Source: a virus (taxonomy: Duplodnaviria; Caudoviricetes). Taken from it: DNA of 62,089 nt. Below the pieces are notes generated by a model. It was not told the origin of the DNA. It worked only from the letters and a program-made list of their open reading frames with translations, and did not search any database. Positions within the stretch are counted from its first letter, which is position 1. The number at the start of each line of letters is the position of its first letter. The position numbers were made by a program, and so were the translations under genes. Where the stretch lies: positions 1-62,089 of IMG/VR virus record IMGVR_UViG_3300035307_000014. One strand, given 5' to 3'. This document shows, one piece after another, positions 1-9,847 of the stretch.

Positions 1-1
1 G

Positions 2-259
2 GAGCGACATACGCACGCGAGAGACATTTTTGAGCGCGCCAAGGAGAATGGCAAAGCAAGCCTCCGACGCGCTCAAATGAAATCAGCGCTCGATGGGAAT
101 GTTCAGGCGCAGATATGGCTCGGGAAGCAGTTGTTGGGTCAGAAAGATAAGCAGGAGCTTGAGCATACCGGCAAGGATGGTCAGCCCTTGGTGAAGGAAA
201 CCACGGTGGTCATCTTGCCGTCCAACAGCCGGGACGGCAGCAATGAGCAGGGCGGTTGA
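2..259 (+). CDS. terS: terminase small subunit, C-terminal part (5'-truncated)
   Basis: Frame is open from the window start; GNVQAQIWLGKQLLGQ and EHTGKDGQP motifs; overlaps the terL start. Confidence 0.7.
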   Translation, partial: ERHTHARDIFERAKENGKASLRRAQMKSALDGNVQAQIWLGKQLLGQKDKQELEHTGKDGQPLVKETTVVILPSNSRDGSNEQGG

Positions 260-2831
260 TAAAGTAGTTCATCAAATCCGCCCTCAGTCAGGTCCACAGC
301 ACCACTTTTTAAGCAGTTCAGCAGATATTGCAATATATGGCGGGAGCGCTGGCGGCGGTAAAAGTTATGCGCTGCTTCTTGAGCCTCTCAGACACATAAA
401 GAACAGCAAGTTTTCTGCGGTAATATTTAGAAGGACACTTACTGACGTTAAAAAGACTGGCTCTCTGTGGGATACAAGTGTTGAACTGTACGGCTCCATC
501 GGGGGGAAGCCAGTTAACAGCACGCTGACATGGGATTTTAAAAGTGGAGCCAAAATAACATTCGGGCATCTAGAGCATGAAGGCACAGTTCTAAACTGGC
601 AAGGAAGTCAAGTCCCACTTCTTTGCGTGGCGGTTGGTACAAAAGTGCGGATGGCCGATGGCTCATTGCTCCCGATAGAGCAAATAACCATCGGTGACAA
701 GGTAATGACGCTGCGGGGAAGTCGCAACGTTACATCAGTGAGCAAGCCGCAGCGAAAGCAATGCGTTGAGGCTACCATTGGTGGGGAAAAGCAGCTACAT
801 CCTACTGACCACCCTATACTGACTGCTGACGGATGGCTGTCTTGGGACGACCTGAAACTCCTTTGCGTGCAAGATTGCGCATCCACGTCACTTTGTGATC
901 TGCGCAGATTTGAGCCGCTAATTGCGAAGAGATGCTGTGCTCAGCAGCCAGTTTCCTCACGGATATCAGAGGGTTTTTCGCCGCTTCAAGCACAATCCGG
1001 ATCGTCTCATGATCTAATCGGTGATGTGGAGTTGCTCTCTTGTGAAGGAGATGATCAAAGCCATAGCGCAATGTCTGGTGACAGACACCAAGCACAGCAG
1101 CAGCCTCAATCGTTGTCCGTCCTTGCAGCGCGGCACGTACCATATCCTCGGTTATCCCCTGAGGGACAGGAATTAGATGGCGGAACTTCTTCTGATATAG
1201 AGTCGCAGTGCTCACTCCAAGATAGGCAGCCGCTTCCCGCACGGTGCGCCCGATCAGGGCGGATCGCACGTCACCATCTTTCAGAAATTGGCGACGGGGA
1301 GGGATTAAGTCGGGATAGTGAGTGCGGATCGAATCAACGCCACACTTCAGCAGCTTCGCGGCTTTTGTCAAACCGTGCGTTAGAATTGCTGGATGAACTT
1401 CCTCTCTTGACAGGAGATGAATGCCCCCTCTTAAGCGGGCATGAAGAGCATGGTGATCAGCTTTCAACATCACATCAAGATTTTTCGGGTTGTTGTTCGC
1501 GGGATCAAAATCTCTGTGGTGAACATCCTCTTCGCGGAAAAGAAGTCTTCCAATGTCATCCTCAGCAACCAAGCGGTGTTGAGGGACCATTTTTTCCTTC
1601 GTTGTCGCGTTCGGATGCCATGGGGCATGCTCAAGAATATAGCCATGCTTATCGTATCGAGTTCTCCCACCCTTATACGTCGGAGGAGAGGGTTTCTTCT
1701 GAACTTGTTCGCTTTGAGGCATGCGAAATAGCTCCTGTAGGAGTGCAAGATGTTATTGATATTACCGTTGATGGCGAAAACCATTATATAACCGAAAATG
1801 GGTTAGTCAATAAAAATTGTTTCGACGAGCTTACCCATTTTAGCCGTGCGCAGTTCTTTTACATGATGTCCCGCAACCGTTCGGGAAGCGGTGTCCGCCC
1901 TTACATTAGAGCGACCACAAATCCTGACTCGGATAGCTGGGTTGCCGAATTCATATCCTGGTGGATCGACCAGAAGACGGGACTTCCCATCCTGGAGCGG
2001 TCGGGCGTCATCCGGTGGTTTGTCCGTGTCGGAGACGTGCTCCAGTGGGCGGACACCCAAGCCGAGTTGATCGAGCGTTTCGGGGCCGAGGTTGTCCCAA
2101 AGTCGGTGACGTTCGTCCCTGCCCGCCTGGAAGACAACGCCATCCTGATGCAGATGGACCCAGGCTACCGGGCGAACCTGCTGGCGCTGCCGAGGGTTGA
2201 GCGAGAACGCCTCCTTGGCGGCAACTGGAAAGTTCGGCCGTCGTCTGGCCTCTACTTCCGCCGCGAATGGACCGAGATCGTTGACGCCATCCCAGAGGGG
2301 ACGGATTTTGTCCGAGGTTGGGATTTAGGCGCAACCGAAAAGACCAGCGAGAATGATCCCGATTGGACGGCCGGCACGAAGATTGGCCGGATGCCAGACG
2401 GTCGCTTTATCGTCGCGCACCATACACGCATGCGAGAGACTCCACTGAAGGTTGAGCGTGCCGTACTCAACACAGCTTCTGCGGATGGTCGAAAGGTTCG
2501 CATTGCATTACCGCAAGACCCTGGACAAGCAGGAAAAGACCAAGCACTGCGATATGTGCGCATGCTGGCCGGATACACAGTTCATGTCGGTCCAGCAACT
2601 GGAGACAAGATCACTAGATTTTCACCGTTCTCCGCTCAGGCCGAGTCTGGGAACGTAGTCGTTTTGCGCGGATCATGGAATGATGACTGGTTCACGGTGT
2701 TAGAAAACTTTCCTGAAGGCGCGCATGACGATGATGTCGATTCCACAAGTGAAGCCTTCAATCATCTTTGTGCTCGTGGACGCATGACTATTTCTGATAG
2801 TGCCGTGAGAGCATCTGGAGCGCTCCGGTAA
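243..2831 (+). CDS. terL: terminase large subunit precursor containing an intein (spliced product about 464 aa)
   Basis: Walker A YGGSAGGGKS; Walker B (C)FDE immediately after the intein; ATTNP motif; RNase H-like nuclease motifs RGWDLG and HDDDVD. Confidence 0.95.
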   Translation: MSRAVDKVVHQIRPQSGPQHHFLSSSADIAIYGGSAGGGKSYALLLEPLRHIKNSKFSAVIFRRTLTDVKKTGSLWDTSVELYGSIGGKPVNSTLTWDFKSGAKITFGHLEHEGTVLNWQGSQVPLLCVAVGTKVRMADGSLLPIEQITIGDKVMTLRGSRNVTSVSKPQRKQCVEATIGGEKQLHPTDHPILTADGWLSWDDLKLLCVQDCASTSLCDLRRFEPLIAKRCCAQQPVSSRISEGFSPLQAQSGSSHDLIGDVELLSCEGDDQSHSAMSGDRHQAQQQPQSLSVLAARHVPYPRLSPEGQELDGGTSSDIESQCSLQDRQPLPARCARSGRIARHHLSEIGDGEGLSRDSECGSNQRHTSAASRLLSNRALELLDELPLLTGDECPLLSGHEEHGDQLSTSHQDFSGCCSRDQNLCGEHPLRGKEVFQCHPQQPSGVEGPFFPSLSRSDAMGHAQEYSHAYRIEFSHPYTSEERVSSELVRFEACEIAPVGVQDVIDITVDGENHYITENGLVNKNCFDELTHFSRAQFFYMMSRNRSGSGVRPYIRATTNPDSDSWVAEFISWWIDQKTGLPILERSGVIRWFVRVGDVLQWADTQAELIERFGAEVVPKSVTFVPARLEDNAILMQMDPGYRANLLALPRVERERLLGGNWKVRPSSGLYFRREWTEIVDAIPEGTDFVRGWDLGATEKTSENDPDWTAGTKIGRMPDGRFIVAHHTRMRETPLKVERAVLNTASADGRKVRIALPQDPGQAGKDQALRYVRMLAGYTVHVGPATGDKITRFSPFSAQAESGNVVVLRGSWNDDWFTVLENFPEGAHDDDVDSTSEAFNHLCARGRMTISDSAVRASGALR
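624..1817 (+). mobile_element. intein (398 aa) inserted just before the Walker B motif of TerL
   Basis: Block A CVAVGTKVRMADGS; block B region DHPILTADGW; blocks F/G VIDITVDGENHYITENGLVNKN followed by +1 Cys; excision restores WQGSQVPLL-CFDELTHF. Confidence 0.92.
814..1722 (-). CDS. HNH endonuclease with about four C-terminal HTH repeats, antisense within the intein
   Basis: QHRLVAE..IGR...EDVHHRDFDPANNNPKNL HNH motif; HTH-like repeats (TVREAAAYLGVSTATLY, TTIEAAAVLGVCHQTLR); AGGAG RBS 9 nt upstream of the ATG. Confidence 0.85.
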   Translation of the reverse strand: MPQSEQVQKKPSPPTYKGGRTRYDKHGYILEHAPWHPNATTKEKMVPQHRLVAEDDIGRLLFREEDVHHRDFDPANNNPKNLDVMLKADHHALHARLRGGIHLLSREEVHPAILTHGLTKAAKLLKCGVDSIRTHYPDLIPPRRQFLKDGDVRSALIGRTVREAAAYLGVSTATLYQKKFRHLIPVPQGITEDMVRAALQGRTTIEAAAVLGVCHQTLRYGFDHLLHKRATPHHRLDHETIRIVLEAAKNPLISVRKLAAEHSISSQLAAQICADHKVTWMRNLARKGVSGRPKTAIRQQSV

Positions 2832-5800
2832 TGAACGCCCAATCCACGCCTATCCGCCGCGAGCACGGGCGCAAGCGGGCGCTGGGCGCGTGGCGGAACC
2901 GCGATGCGCAGTTGTCTCTCGGGCTTGAGCCGGAGCGGGAGCGCAAGCCGATGAAGATTGGCTACATGGCGCACGCCCAGGCGTATGCGCAGCCTCCGCA
3001 GCAACGGGCATCAGAAGAGCCATTCGCGCCGTACAAGCCTGCCACAGGCGTAGTCCCGGCAGGCGCCAGCATGGCGATGGACGACGCCGGTTTCAGCGCG
3101 CTAGGATGGGCTCACCAGGCATATCTTGGTTCTGACGCCTATGCTGAGGGGCAGACCTTTCTTGGCTATCCTGCGCTTGCTCAGCTCGCTGTGCGGCCCG
3201 AGTATCGGCTGATCAGCGAGACCATTGCGACGGAGATGACGCGCAAATGGATATCGATCCAGGGCAAAGGCGACGGGGCGGACAAGTCAGAGAAGATCGC
3301 GCGGATTGAGGCTGAATTCGAGCGATTGAACGTGCGGGACACGTTCCGCGAGATCGCCGTGCAGGACGGGCTCTATGGGCGCGCGCATCTGTATCTCGAC
3401 ACTGGCGATAGCGACAACCAGAGAGAGCTGGAGACCAACCTAGGCGACGGTCGAGACGCTACATCTTGCGCCAAGGTAACTCCTGACCACAAGCTTCGGT
3501 GTATCATGGCCCGCGAGGCCGTGTGGACGTATCCGCAGCGCTTCAATGCGACGAACCCTTTGCGCGCGGACTGGTATCGCCCGGATACGTGGTTTGTGAT
3601 GGGGCAGCAGGTTCACGCGTCGCGGCTTTTGACGTTCGTCGGGCGCGAGGTGCCGGACATCCTCAAGCCAGCGTATGCGTTCGGTGGTCTGTCGCTGACA
3701 CAGATGGCCAAGCCCTACGTTGACAACTGGCTCGTCACCCGGCAGTCAGTTCAGGACATCATCCGCTCGTTCACTGTGTTCGTGCTAAAGACTAACATGA
3801 GCGCTGTGCTTCAAGGCGGCGGCGGAGATGATGTATTCCGCCGTGTAGACATGTTCAACGCCACGCGTGACAACCGTGGCACGATGGTTCTTGACAAGGA
3901 TACTGAAGAATTCGCTAACGTTTCTGCTTCGCTTGGGAGTTTAGACCATCTTCAGGCGCAAGCACAGGAGCATTTGGCATCGGTGAGTCGTATTCCTCTC
4001 GTGAAACTGACAGGTATCTCCCCATCAGGGCTCAATGCATCTAGTGATGGGGAGCTACGTTGCTTCGGAGACCTGATTCATTCCGAACAAGAGAGCCTGT
4101 TCCGCGCCAATCTTACTCGCATTCTCGGATTTGTTCAACTGTCTCTTTTCGGTGAGGTCGATCCGGATATTACCTTTGAATTCCTCCCGATCTACGAACT
4201 GACCGAGTCCGAGAAAGCCCAACTCCGCGCCACCGAGGCGACAACCGGAAAAACCCTGATCGAAGTCGGCGCACTCAGCCCGCAGGAAGAGCGCGCGCGT
4301 GTGGCCCACGATCCAGAGACGCCCTATGCGGGCCTCGACATCGACAAGATGCCGGATCTGCGCCAGGAGGAAGCCGAGGGGCTTATGCCTGGTGGCCACG
4401 AGCCTCCCGCTCCACAGGGCGCGAAGGAAGAGGCCAAGGACGGCGGCGATGAGCAGGTGGAGCTGATCCGCAAGCTATTCGGCAATGGCTTGGATGAAAC
4501 CCAGATCGAGACCATCAGGCGGCTGTTCGGAAGCGGCGAGCACAAAGATGAGGCGCTGAGCATCATCCGGAAGCTGTTTGGCAACAAGGCCACGGCGCAT
4601 GATCACGCCATAGCGATGGACTTTTCGGAGACCGACCACACTCGCGGCGGCAATCCTAAAAACCCTGGGCAATTCAGCAAAGGCGCCGGTGGCGGCACAC
4701 CCAAGGGTAAAAGAAAAGACAAAACTCAGAAGGTTGACCCCGCGCTGATTGGCCAAGTCCACGAAGCGCTGGCGCAGTCTCACCCCGAATTGGCGGCGGC
4801 GATTGCTAAACAGTTTGGGCTGAAGCCTCAGGATGCCAAGAAGAAAGCCGCATCCAAGCAAAAGGCTGGCGCGAAGCTTGTGGGTGATCCGCGCAAGATC
4901 ACCACGCCCGACGGCTCCATGGAAGTCACTGCGCAGCCAGAGCTTGTTGAGCTTGCGGACCTCATGCACGCCGAGGGCGATCTACAGCCGCGTAACCGCG
5001 ACACAGCCGAAAGCAAGGTGATGGCTCGCCAGCGTGCGGCAAGTCTCGACCCTGAGCAGTTGCAGCCTGGACGCGTTTCCGATGCGGGCGCCCCGATTGT
5101 CACAGCCGAAGGGACCGTGATTTCTGGCAATGGTCGCACGATGTCGATCCGCGAGGCGTACAACGATCCGAAGTTTGCTGAGCGGGCGGAAGCCTACAAG
5201 GCTGCGCTCGGGCCGGATGCCGAGGGCATGAAGCAGCCTGTGCTTGTCATGCGCCTGCCGAAAGACATGGATCATAAGCAACTCGTTGAGTTTGCCGACA
5301 AATCCAATCGTTCGCGCATCGAGGGCATGTCAGCCACGGAGCGGGCCAAGCGCGACGCGACGGCATTGGGACCAGACACGGCGGCGCTTTATCAAGGAGG
5401 AGACTTCACATCGCCAGCGAACCGCCAGTTCCTGCACGCGTTCACACAGAAGGCTATGACGGCCAACGAACGGGCGCAATTCTCGAAAGACGGCAAGCTC
5501 ACGAAAGAGGGCGTTGACCGGATGAGCGCGGCGGTCCTGGCCAGCGCTTACGACGATGTGGACGCCTTGTCGCTCATGCTGGAAAGCACGGACGACAACG
5601 TGAAGTCGATCACGAACGCCATGCGCGACACTGCCGGGAAGTTCGCCCAGCTCAAGTCTGGCGTGGCTTCTGGCCAAGTGTTGCCCGGCATGGACGTGAC
5701 GACGCAGATTGCAGACGCGGCCAAGCTTGTATCGAGCCTGCGGAAGCGCGGTGTATCACCGGCGAACCACTTCGATCAACTCGACGCCTTCGATAAGCCA

Positions 5801-6373
5801 GACCCGATGGTTGAGGCTTTGGTTCGGTCCTTCTACAGCGAAGGATTGACGCGCTCAGTATCTCAGCAGAAAATTATAGCCATTCTCGGCGCTTATGCTG
5901 ATGAAGCTGCTAAGCATCAACCTGGAGGCATCTTCCCCGATGAAACCAAATCATCTGAAGTCCTCGCCCTCGCAAACAGAAAAGCCAAAGGACAAGAGTC
6001 CACAGGCGAAATCGACTTGTTCAACCGCCCTACTGGTCATGAGCCAAGCCATGAGCAAGGTGGGGAACGAGACGGGCGACAAGGAGTTGCTGCAACAGGC
6101 GGACAATCTGGCGGCGGCGGCGAAGAAAAGCCAGTAGCCAAGGCGGCGCCAGCCAAGAAGCCTCGGGCGAAAGCCGCGACCAAGCCCAAGGGCGAAGCCC
6201 CGGCGAAGGCCGCCAAGTCCAAAGAGCCCAAGCAGCCGAAAGCAGCGAAGCCCAAGAAGGCGGATCTGATCTCCCAGCTCAAGGGGCTAGGTCAGAGCCC
6301 CAGCTCGCGAGCAACCATTGCAAAGCTGAAAGAGATGCTGGCCGATATCGAGAAGTCGAATGATGCGTCATGA
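2831..6373 (+). CDS. portal protein (DUF1073 type) fused to a DdrB-like ParB domain and a Lys-rich tail
   Basis: First ~510 aa are portal-like (EMTRKWI, IPLVKLTGISPSGLNASSDGE); later DLQPRNRD..LDPEQL..GAPIV...VISGNGR ParB-like motif; lies directly after terL. Confidence 0.85.
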   Translation: MNAQSTPIRREHGRKRALGAWRNRDAQLSLGLEPERERKPMKIGYMAHAQAYAQPPQQRASEEPFAPYKPATGVVPAGASMAMDDAGFSALGWAHQAYLGSDAYAEGQTFLGYPALAQLAVRPEYRLISETIATEMTRKWISIQGKGDGADKSEKIARIEAEFERLNVRDTFREIAVQDGLYGRAHLYLDTGDSDNQRELETNLGDGRDATSCAKVTPDHKLRCIMAREAVWTYPQRFNATNPLRADWYRPDTWFVMGQQVHASRLLTFVGREVPDILKPAYAFGGLSLTQMAKPYVDNWLVTRQSVQDIIRSFTVFVLKTNMSAVLQGGGGDDVFRRVDMFNATRDNRGTMVLDKDTEEFANVSASLGSLDHLQAQAQEHLASVSRIPLVKLTGISPSGLNASSDGELRCFGDLIHSEQESLFRANLTRILGFVQLSLFGEVDPDITFEFLPIYELTESEKAQLRATEATTGKTLIEVGALSPQEERARVAHDPETPYAGLDIDKMPDLRQEEAEGLMPGGHEPPAPQGAKEEAKDGGDEQVELIRKLFGNGLDETQIETIRRLFGSGEHKDEALSIIRKLFGNKATAHDHAIAMDFSETDHTRGGNPKNPGQFSKGAGGGTPKGKRKDKTQKVDPALIGQVHEALAQSHPELAAAIAKQFGLKPQDAKKKAASKQKAGAKLVGDPRKITTPDGSMEVTAQPELVELADLMHAEGDLQPRNRDTAESKVMARQRAASLDPEQLQPGRVSDAGAPIVTAEGTVISGNGRTMSIREAYNDPKFAERAEAYKAALGPDAEGMKQPVLVMRLPKDMDHKQLVEFADKSNRSRIEGMSATERAKRDATALGPDTAALYQGGDFTSPANRQFLHAFTQKAMTANERAQFSKDGKLTKEGVDRMSAAVLASAYDDVDALSLMLESTDDNVKSITNAMRDTAGKFAQLKSGVASGQVLPGMDVTTQIADAAKLVSSLRKRGVSPANHFDQLDAFDKPDPMVEALVRSFYSEGLTRSVSQQKIIAILGAYADEAAKHQPGGIFPDETKSSEVLALANRKAKGQESTGEIDLFNRPTGHEPSHEQGGERDGRQGVAATGGQSGGGGEEKPVAKAAPAKKPRAKAATKPKGEAPAKAAKSKEPKQPKAAKPKKADLISQLKGLGQSPSSRATIAKLKEMLADIEKSNDAS

Positions 6374-7178
6374 GGCTCGGATCGCGCTGATCCGCCGCCT
6401 CTTCGGCCACAAGCCGCATCTGGCGCAAGACAAGGACTTCCGGGCTGAGCGCATCGCTTGGGCACATTCTCGCCGGGCAGAAACACGTTATGCTGTTCAG
6501 TTGCGCAAGCTGTGCCGGAACATCGAGTTCATCATCAGCGGCGGGGTCAACCCCGAGCGCCCGACTGAGACGAATACGATTGAAGACATGTTGCTTGAGT
6601 ACGCCAACCTGATCACGCCATGGGCGCAGGTGACGGCAGGGCGCATGCTCCTCGACATTGATCGCCGGGACAAGGTCCAGTGGGCGCGCCATGCCCGCAC
6701 AATGAGCCGGGCGATCCGCGAGGAGATCGAGACCGCGCCAACAGGCGACATTCTCCGCAAGCTCCAGGATGAGCAAGTGACGCTGATCAAGTCTCTGCCG
6801 ATCCAGGCGGCGCAGCGCGTCCACGACATTGCCCTCAAAGGGATAACCGAGGGGACGCGGGGCGAAGACATCGTTGCGAATATCATGGCTACAGGGCAGG
6901 TGACGCAGTCACGCGCCGAATGCATTGCTCGCACGGAAACAAGTAGAGCGGCAAGCAACTTCCAGCAAGCTCGCGCTCAATACATCGGAAGTAAAAGTTA
7001 TCGTTGGGTGTCTATTGGTGATGTCGATGTAAGGCGAGATCACAAGGAACTAAACGGAAAGACTTTTGACTGGAACAACCCGCCAGTTGCAGACAAAAGA
7101 TCTGGGGCGAGAGCGCATCCAGGTGCAATCTATAATTGCAGATGCGTCGCCATACCAATATTGCCCGATGAATTCTGA
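6360..7178 (+). CDS. MuF / SPP1 gp7-like head morphogenesis protein
   Basis: IARTETSRA, VRRDH and HPGAIYNCRC motifs. Confidence 0.92.
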   Translation: MMRHEARIALIRRLFGHKPHLAQDKDFRAERIAWAHSRRAETRYAVQLRKLCRNIEFIISGGVNPERPTETNTIEDMLLEYANLITPWAQVTAGRMLLDIDRRDKVQWARHARTMSRAIREEIETAPTGDILRKLQDEQVTLIKSLPIQAAQRVHDIALKGITEGTRGEDIVANIMATGQVTQSRAECIARTETSRAASNFQQARAQYIGSKSYRWVSIGDVDVRRDHKELNGKTFDWNNPPVADKRSGARAHPGAIYNCRCVAIPILPDEF

Positions 7179-7202
7179 CAATAGCAAAGTAGAGACAAAC
7201 TA

Positions 7203-8621
7203 ATGCCCCCGGTTTCTGAAAAGCAACGCAAAGCTATGTTTGCGGCGGCAAGTGGGAATTCTACTTTGGGTATACCGCGAAAAGTTGGAGAAGAGTTCGT
7301 TGGAAAAGTCTCCAAAGACGCCGATACTTCTTCAGAGTTGCCTTCCGCTGCTGGCGTGATGTTGACTGATCCCGATGGCCGCGTGCTGTTCCTGCGCCGC
7401 AGCGGTGAGGGCGATCACCCCGGCGAATGGTGTTGGCCTGGCGGCGGCGCTGATCCAGGCGAGACTCCCGAGGAAGCCGCACGCCGCGAGGTTGAGGAAG
7501 AGACCGGCCACAGGATCGACGGTGATCTGTCCCCGGTTGACCATAGTGAGGACGATGTGGATTTCCACACGTTCGCCCATCAGCTCCCGCAGCGCTTTCA
7601 GCCGCATCTGAACGAAGAGCATTCGGCGCACGTCTGGGCGCATCCATCGAAGCCCCCACAGCCGCTTCACCCTGGCGTTGCGGACACGCTGAGCCGCCTC
7701 AGTGGCGCGCAGGACGCCGAAGGCAACAAGGGGAACCCGCAGGGCGCGCTGAGCCAACAGGAAGAGGCCGAAGCCGCCAAAGGTCATGCCGAACGCGAGG
7801 AGATGCCCGAGAGCGTCTTCCTGGAACCGGGCGCGCGCAAATACCCTGTGAAGGAGAAGCACGACGGCAAATGGGTCTACTCCCGCAATCTGTTGTTGGC
7901 CGCCGCCCGCCGCGCTCGGATGCAGGGACATGAGAGTCTGGCCGCGCGTGCTGATGCAATCCGGAACCGAGAATTTGGCGACGCCGAGGCGAAAGATTGC
8001 AGCGGGACCGCGATGGACGCAATGGCGTTTGATCGCAGTTCGGTTCGCTCCTACGACGCCGATGGAAGATTACACGTTTCTGCAACGCCGATTTCGAAAA
8101 GCAACGTGTGCGAGTACCTAGGGAGGGAGATCCCCGGCGCTGAAGAATTGCACCTAGACCCATCGAAACGCTACCGCCTATGGCGTCACCCCGAAGAATT
8201 GGCCAAAGCGGCTCCAACTTTCAACAACATACCCGTGCTATCTCGCCATGTCCCCGTGAGCGCTGAAGACTATCAGCCCGAGATCGTCATTGGCTCAACT
8301 GGCACCGATGCTGTATTTGACGAGCCATATCTCAAGAACTCGCTGGTTATTTGGGCGAAATCTGCCATTGACGGGGTGGAACGGGAGACGAAGAAAGAGC
8401 TTTCATCGGCGTATAGGTACAAAGCCGACATGACTTCAGGCAAAACGCCAGATGGCGAAGCTTTTGATGGTATTATGCGTAGTATAGTAGGCAACCACGT
8501 AGCGGTAGTACCTGACGGTCGCGCTGGTCCCGATGTTGTCGTTGCCGACTCCGCCGATGAACTGCTTTGGGCGCGCATCGAACAAGCCCTAAACGCCGCC
8601 TTCCCCAACGCTTTCCGCTAA
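7203..8621 (+). CDS. Nudix hydrolase fused to a DUF2213-type putative prohead protease
   Basis: Nudix box [23 protein letters not shown]; DUF2213 motifs [30 protein letters not shown]. Confidence 0.85.
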   Translation: MPPVSEKQRKAMFAAASGNSTLGIPRKVGEEFVGKVSKDADTSSELPSAAGVMLTDPDGRVLFLRRSGEGDHPGEWCWPGGGADPGETPEEAARREVEEETGHRIDGDLSPVDHSEDDVDFHTFAHQLPQRFQPHLNEEHSAHVWAHPSKPPQPLHPGVADTLSRLSGAQDAEGNKGNPQGALSQQEEAEAAKGHAEREEMPESVFLEPGARKYPVKEKHDGKWVYSRNLLLAAARRARMQGHESLAARADAIRNREFGDAEAKDCSGTAMDAMAFDRSSVRSYDADGRLHVSATPISKSNVCEYLGREIPGAEELHLDPSKRYRLWRHPEELAKAAPTFNNIPVLSRHVPVSAEDYQPEIVIGSTGTDAVFDEPYLKNSLVIWAKSAIDGVERETKKELSSAYRYKADMTSGKTPDGEAFDGIMRSIVGNHVAVVPDGRAGPDVVVADSADELLWARIEQALNAAFPNAFR

Positions 8622-8633
8622 CGGACCACCAAA

Positions 8634-9836
8634 ATGCGCGCTCGCGTCGAAACCATCCGCCGCCTCTTCGGAAGCAGCGCCGCTCCCGGCTGCGCTCTCG
8701 ACGCTCGTGATCCGGCAACGATCAAGCGCGACAAAAACGGGCGCTTCGCGAAGTCGGCATCCAGCGGCGGCGCAAGCACAGCAAAGCCCATGCCAAAGAA
8801 AGACGTGAGCGCTCAGGCGCACGCAGCGGCTAAGGCGAAAGTGGCAGAGAACGCAGCGAAGCCGAAGAAGGCTGCGCCCAAAAAGACGGCGGCCAGCAAA
8901 GAGAAGGCTCCGGCCGAGGGCAGGGCGGCGAAGCCGAAGACCGCAAAGGTCAAGTCCGAAAAGACACCGGCTGCCACCAAAGAGGCAAAGCCGGTCACCG
9001 AAAAGCAGAAGAAGAGCATAGTAGCCGCCGCCTTGAAGGAGGCTCCAGCGGCTACGTCAAGACCGCTTCGCAACAAAATACTCGACGCATATCTGAAATC
9101 CACGGGTGGAAAAATAAACACACGCGCGCTGTTGACTGATGTGCGCGCCGCCCTTCCTGACGTGGACAGGGAAACACTAGATAAAGAACTGAAGCAGCTC
9201 CAGGTTGAAGAGAAGGCTTTACTGTATCCACTCGACAATCTTATCGGGGAGCACAATGGGGACCCCAATGGACCGGCAAAGATTGCGGCGTTGAAGGAAG
9301 CCGCAATTCATATCGCTGGATCACCGCGCCATCTGCTCTGGATTGAGAACGGTTGGGAACGAGAGCCAGAAGAGACCGCCGAACCATCGCCGAAATCCAA
9401 GAGGGCGCCAGCCAAGACAAGAACTCAGGAGAAGTCCCCGAAGGAAACGGCGTCGCCCAAGGCAGAGAAACAGCCAAAGACCACCAAATCCAAGAAGCCG
9501 ACACAGGAAGAGCGCGTCGCCAAGTTCAATGAGCGGTACACGAACGCGATGAGCGCAAAGCCGTCCAGGCGAAGGGGCGCGGCGGAAAGCCCCGCAGCAG
9601 CGCCAAAGACCGATGCGACCGTGGCGCCAGCGTCAAAAGCCCCCGTGCCAGAGACCGCGCCAAGGCCAACGAAGAAAGCAGCATCAAAAAAGGCAAGCGT
9701 TGAGGCCAAGACGCCCACGCCAAAGAAACCCAAGCCGCCTACCGCCAAATTCCCAGAGTCGATGGCGGCTAAACCAAGCTGGATGCGCGATCCAGAGGGG
9801 TCAACGTCTGTTTTTGCCAAGAAAAAGTCACCGTAA
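8634..9836 (+). CDS. Lys/Ala/Pro-rich putative internal head protein with a central globular domain
   Basis: Highly basic low-complexity arms; RDKNGRF motif; central helical domain; located among head genes. Confidence 0.65.
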   Translation: MRARVETIRRLFGSSAAPGCALDARDPATIKRDKNGRFAKSASSGGASTAKPMPKKDVSAQAHAAAKAKVAENAAKPKKAAPKKTAASKEKAPAEGRAAKPKTAKVKSEKTPAATKEAKPVTEKQKKSIVAAALKEAPAATSRPLRNKILDAYLKSTGGKINTRALLTDVRAALPDVDRETLDKELKQLQVEEKALLYPLDNLIGEHNGDPNGPAKIAALKEAAIHIAGSPRHLLWIENGWEREPEETAEPSPKSKRAPAKTRTQEKSPKETASPKAEKQPKTTKSKKPTQEERVAKFNERYTNAMSAKPSRRRGAAESPAAAPKTDATVAPASKAPVPETAPRPTKKAASKKASVEAKTPTPKKPKPPTAKFPESMAAKPSWMRDPEGSTSVFAKKKSP

Positions 9837-9847
9837 CCGAAAAATAA

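Noticed and set aside
624-1817. Group I intron interrupting terL
   Set aside because: The sense frame is fully open and bounded by intein motifs, so RNA splicing is not needed
2831-6373. Acb1-type 2H phosphodiesterase in the portal extension
   Set aside because: No convincing paired HxT/S motifs; the extension looks ParB-like
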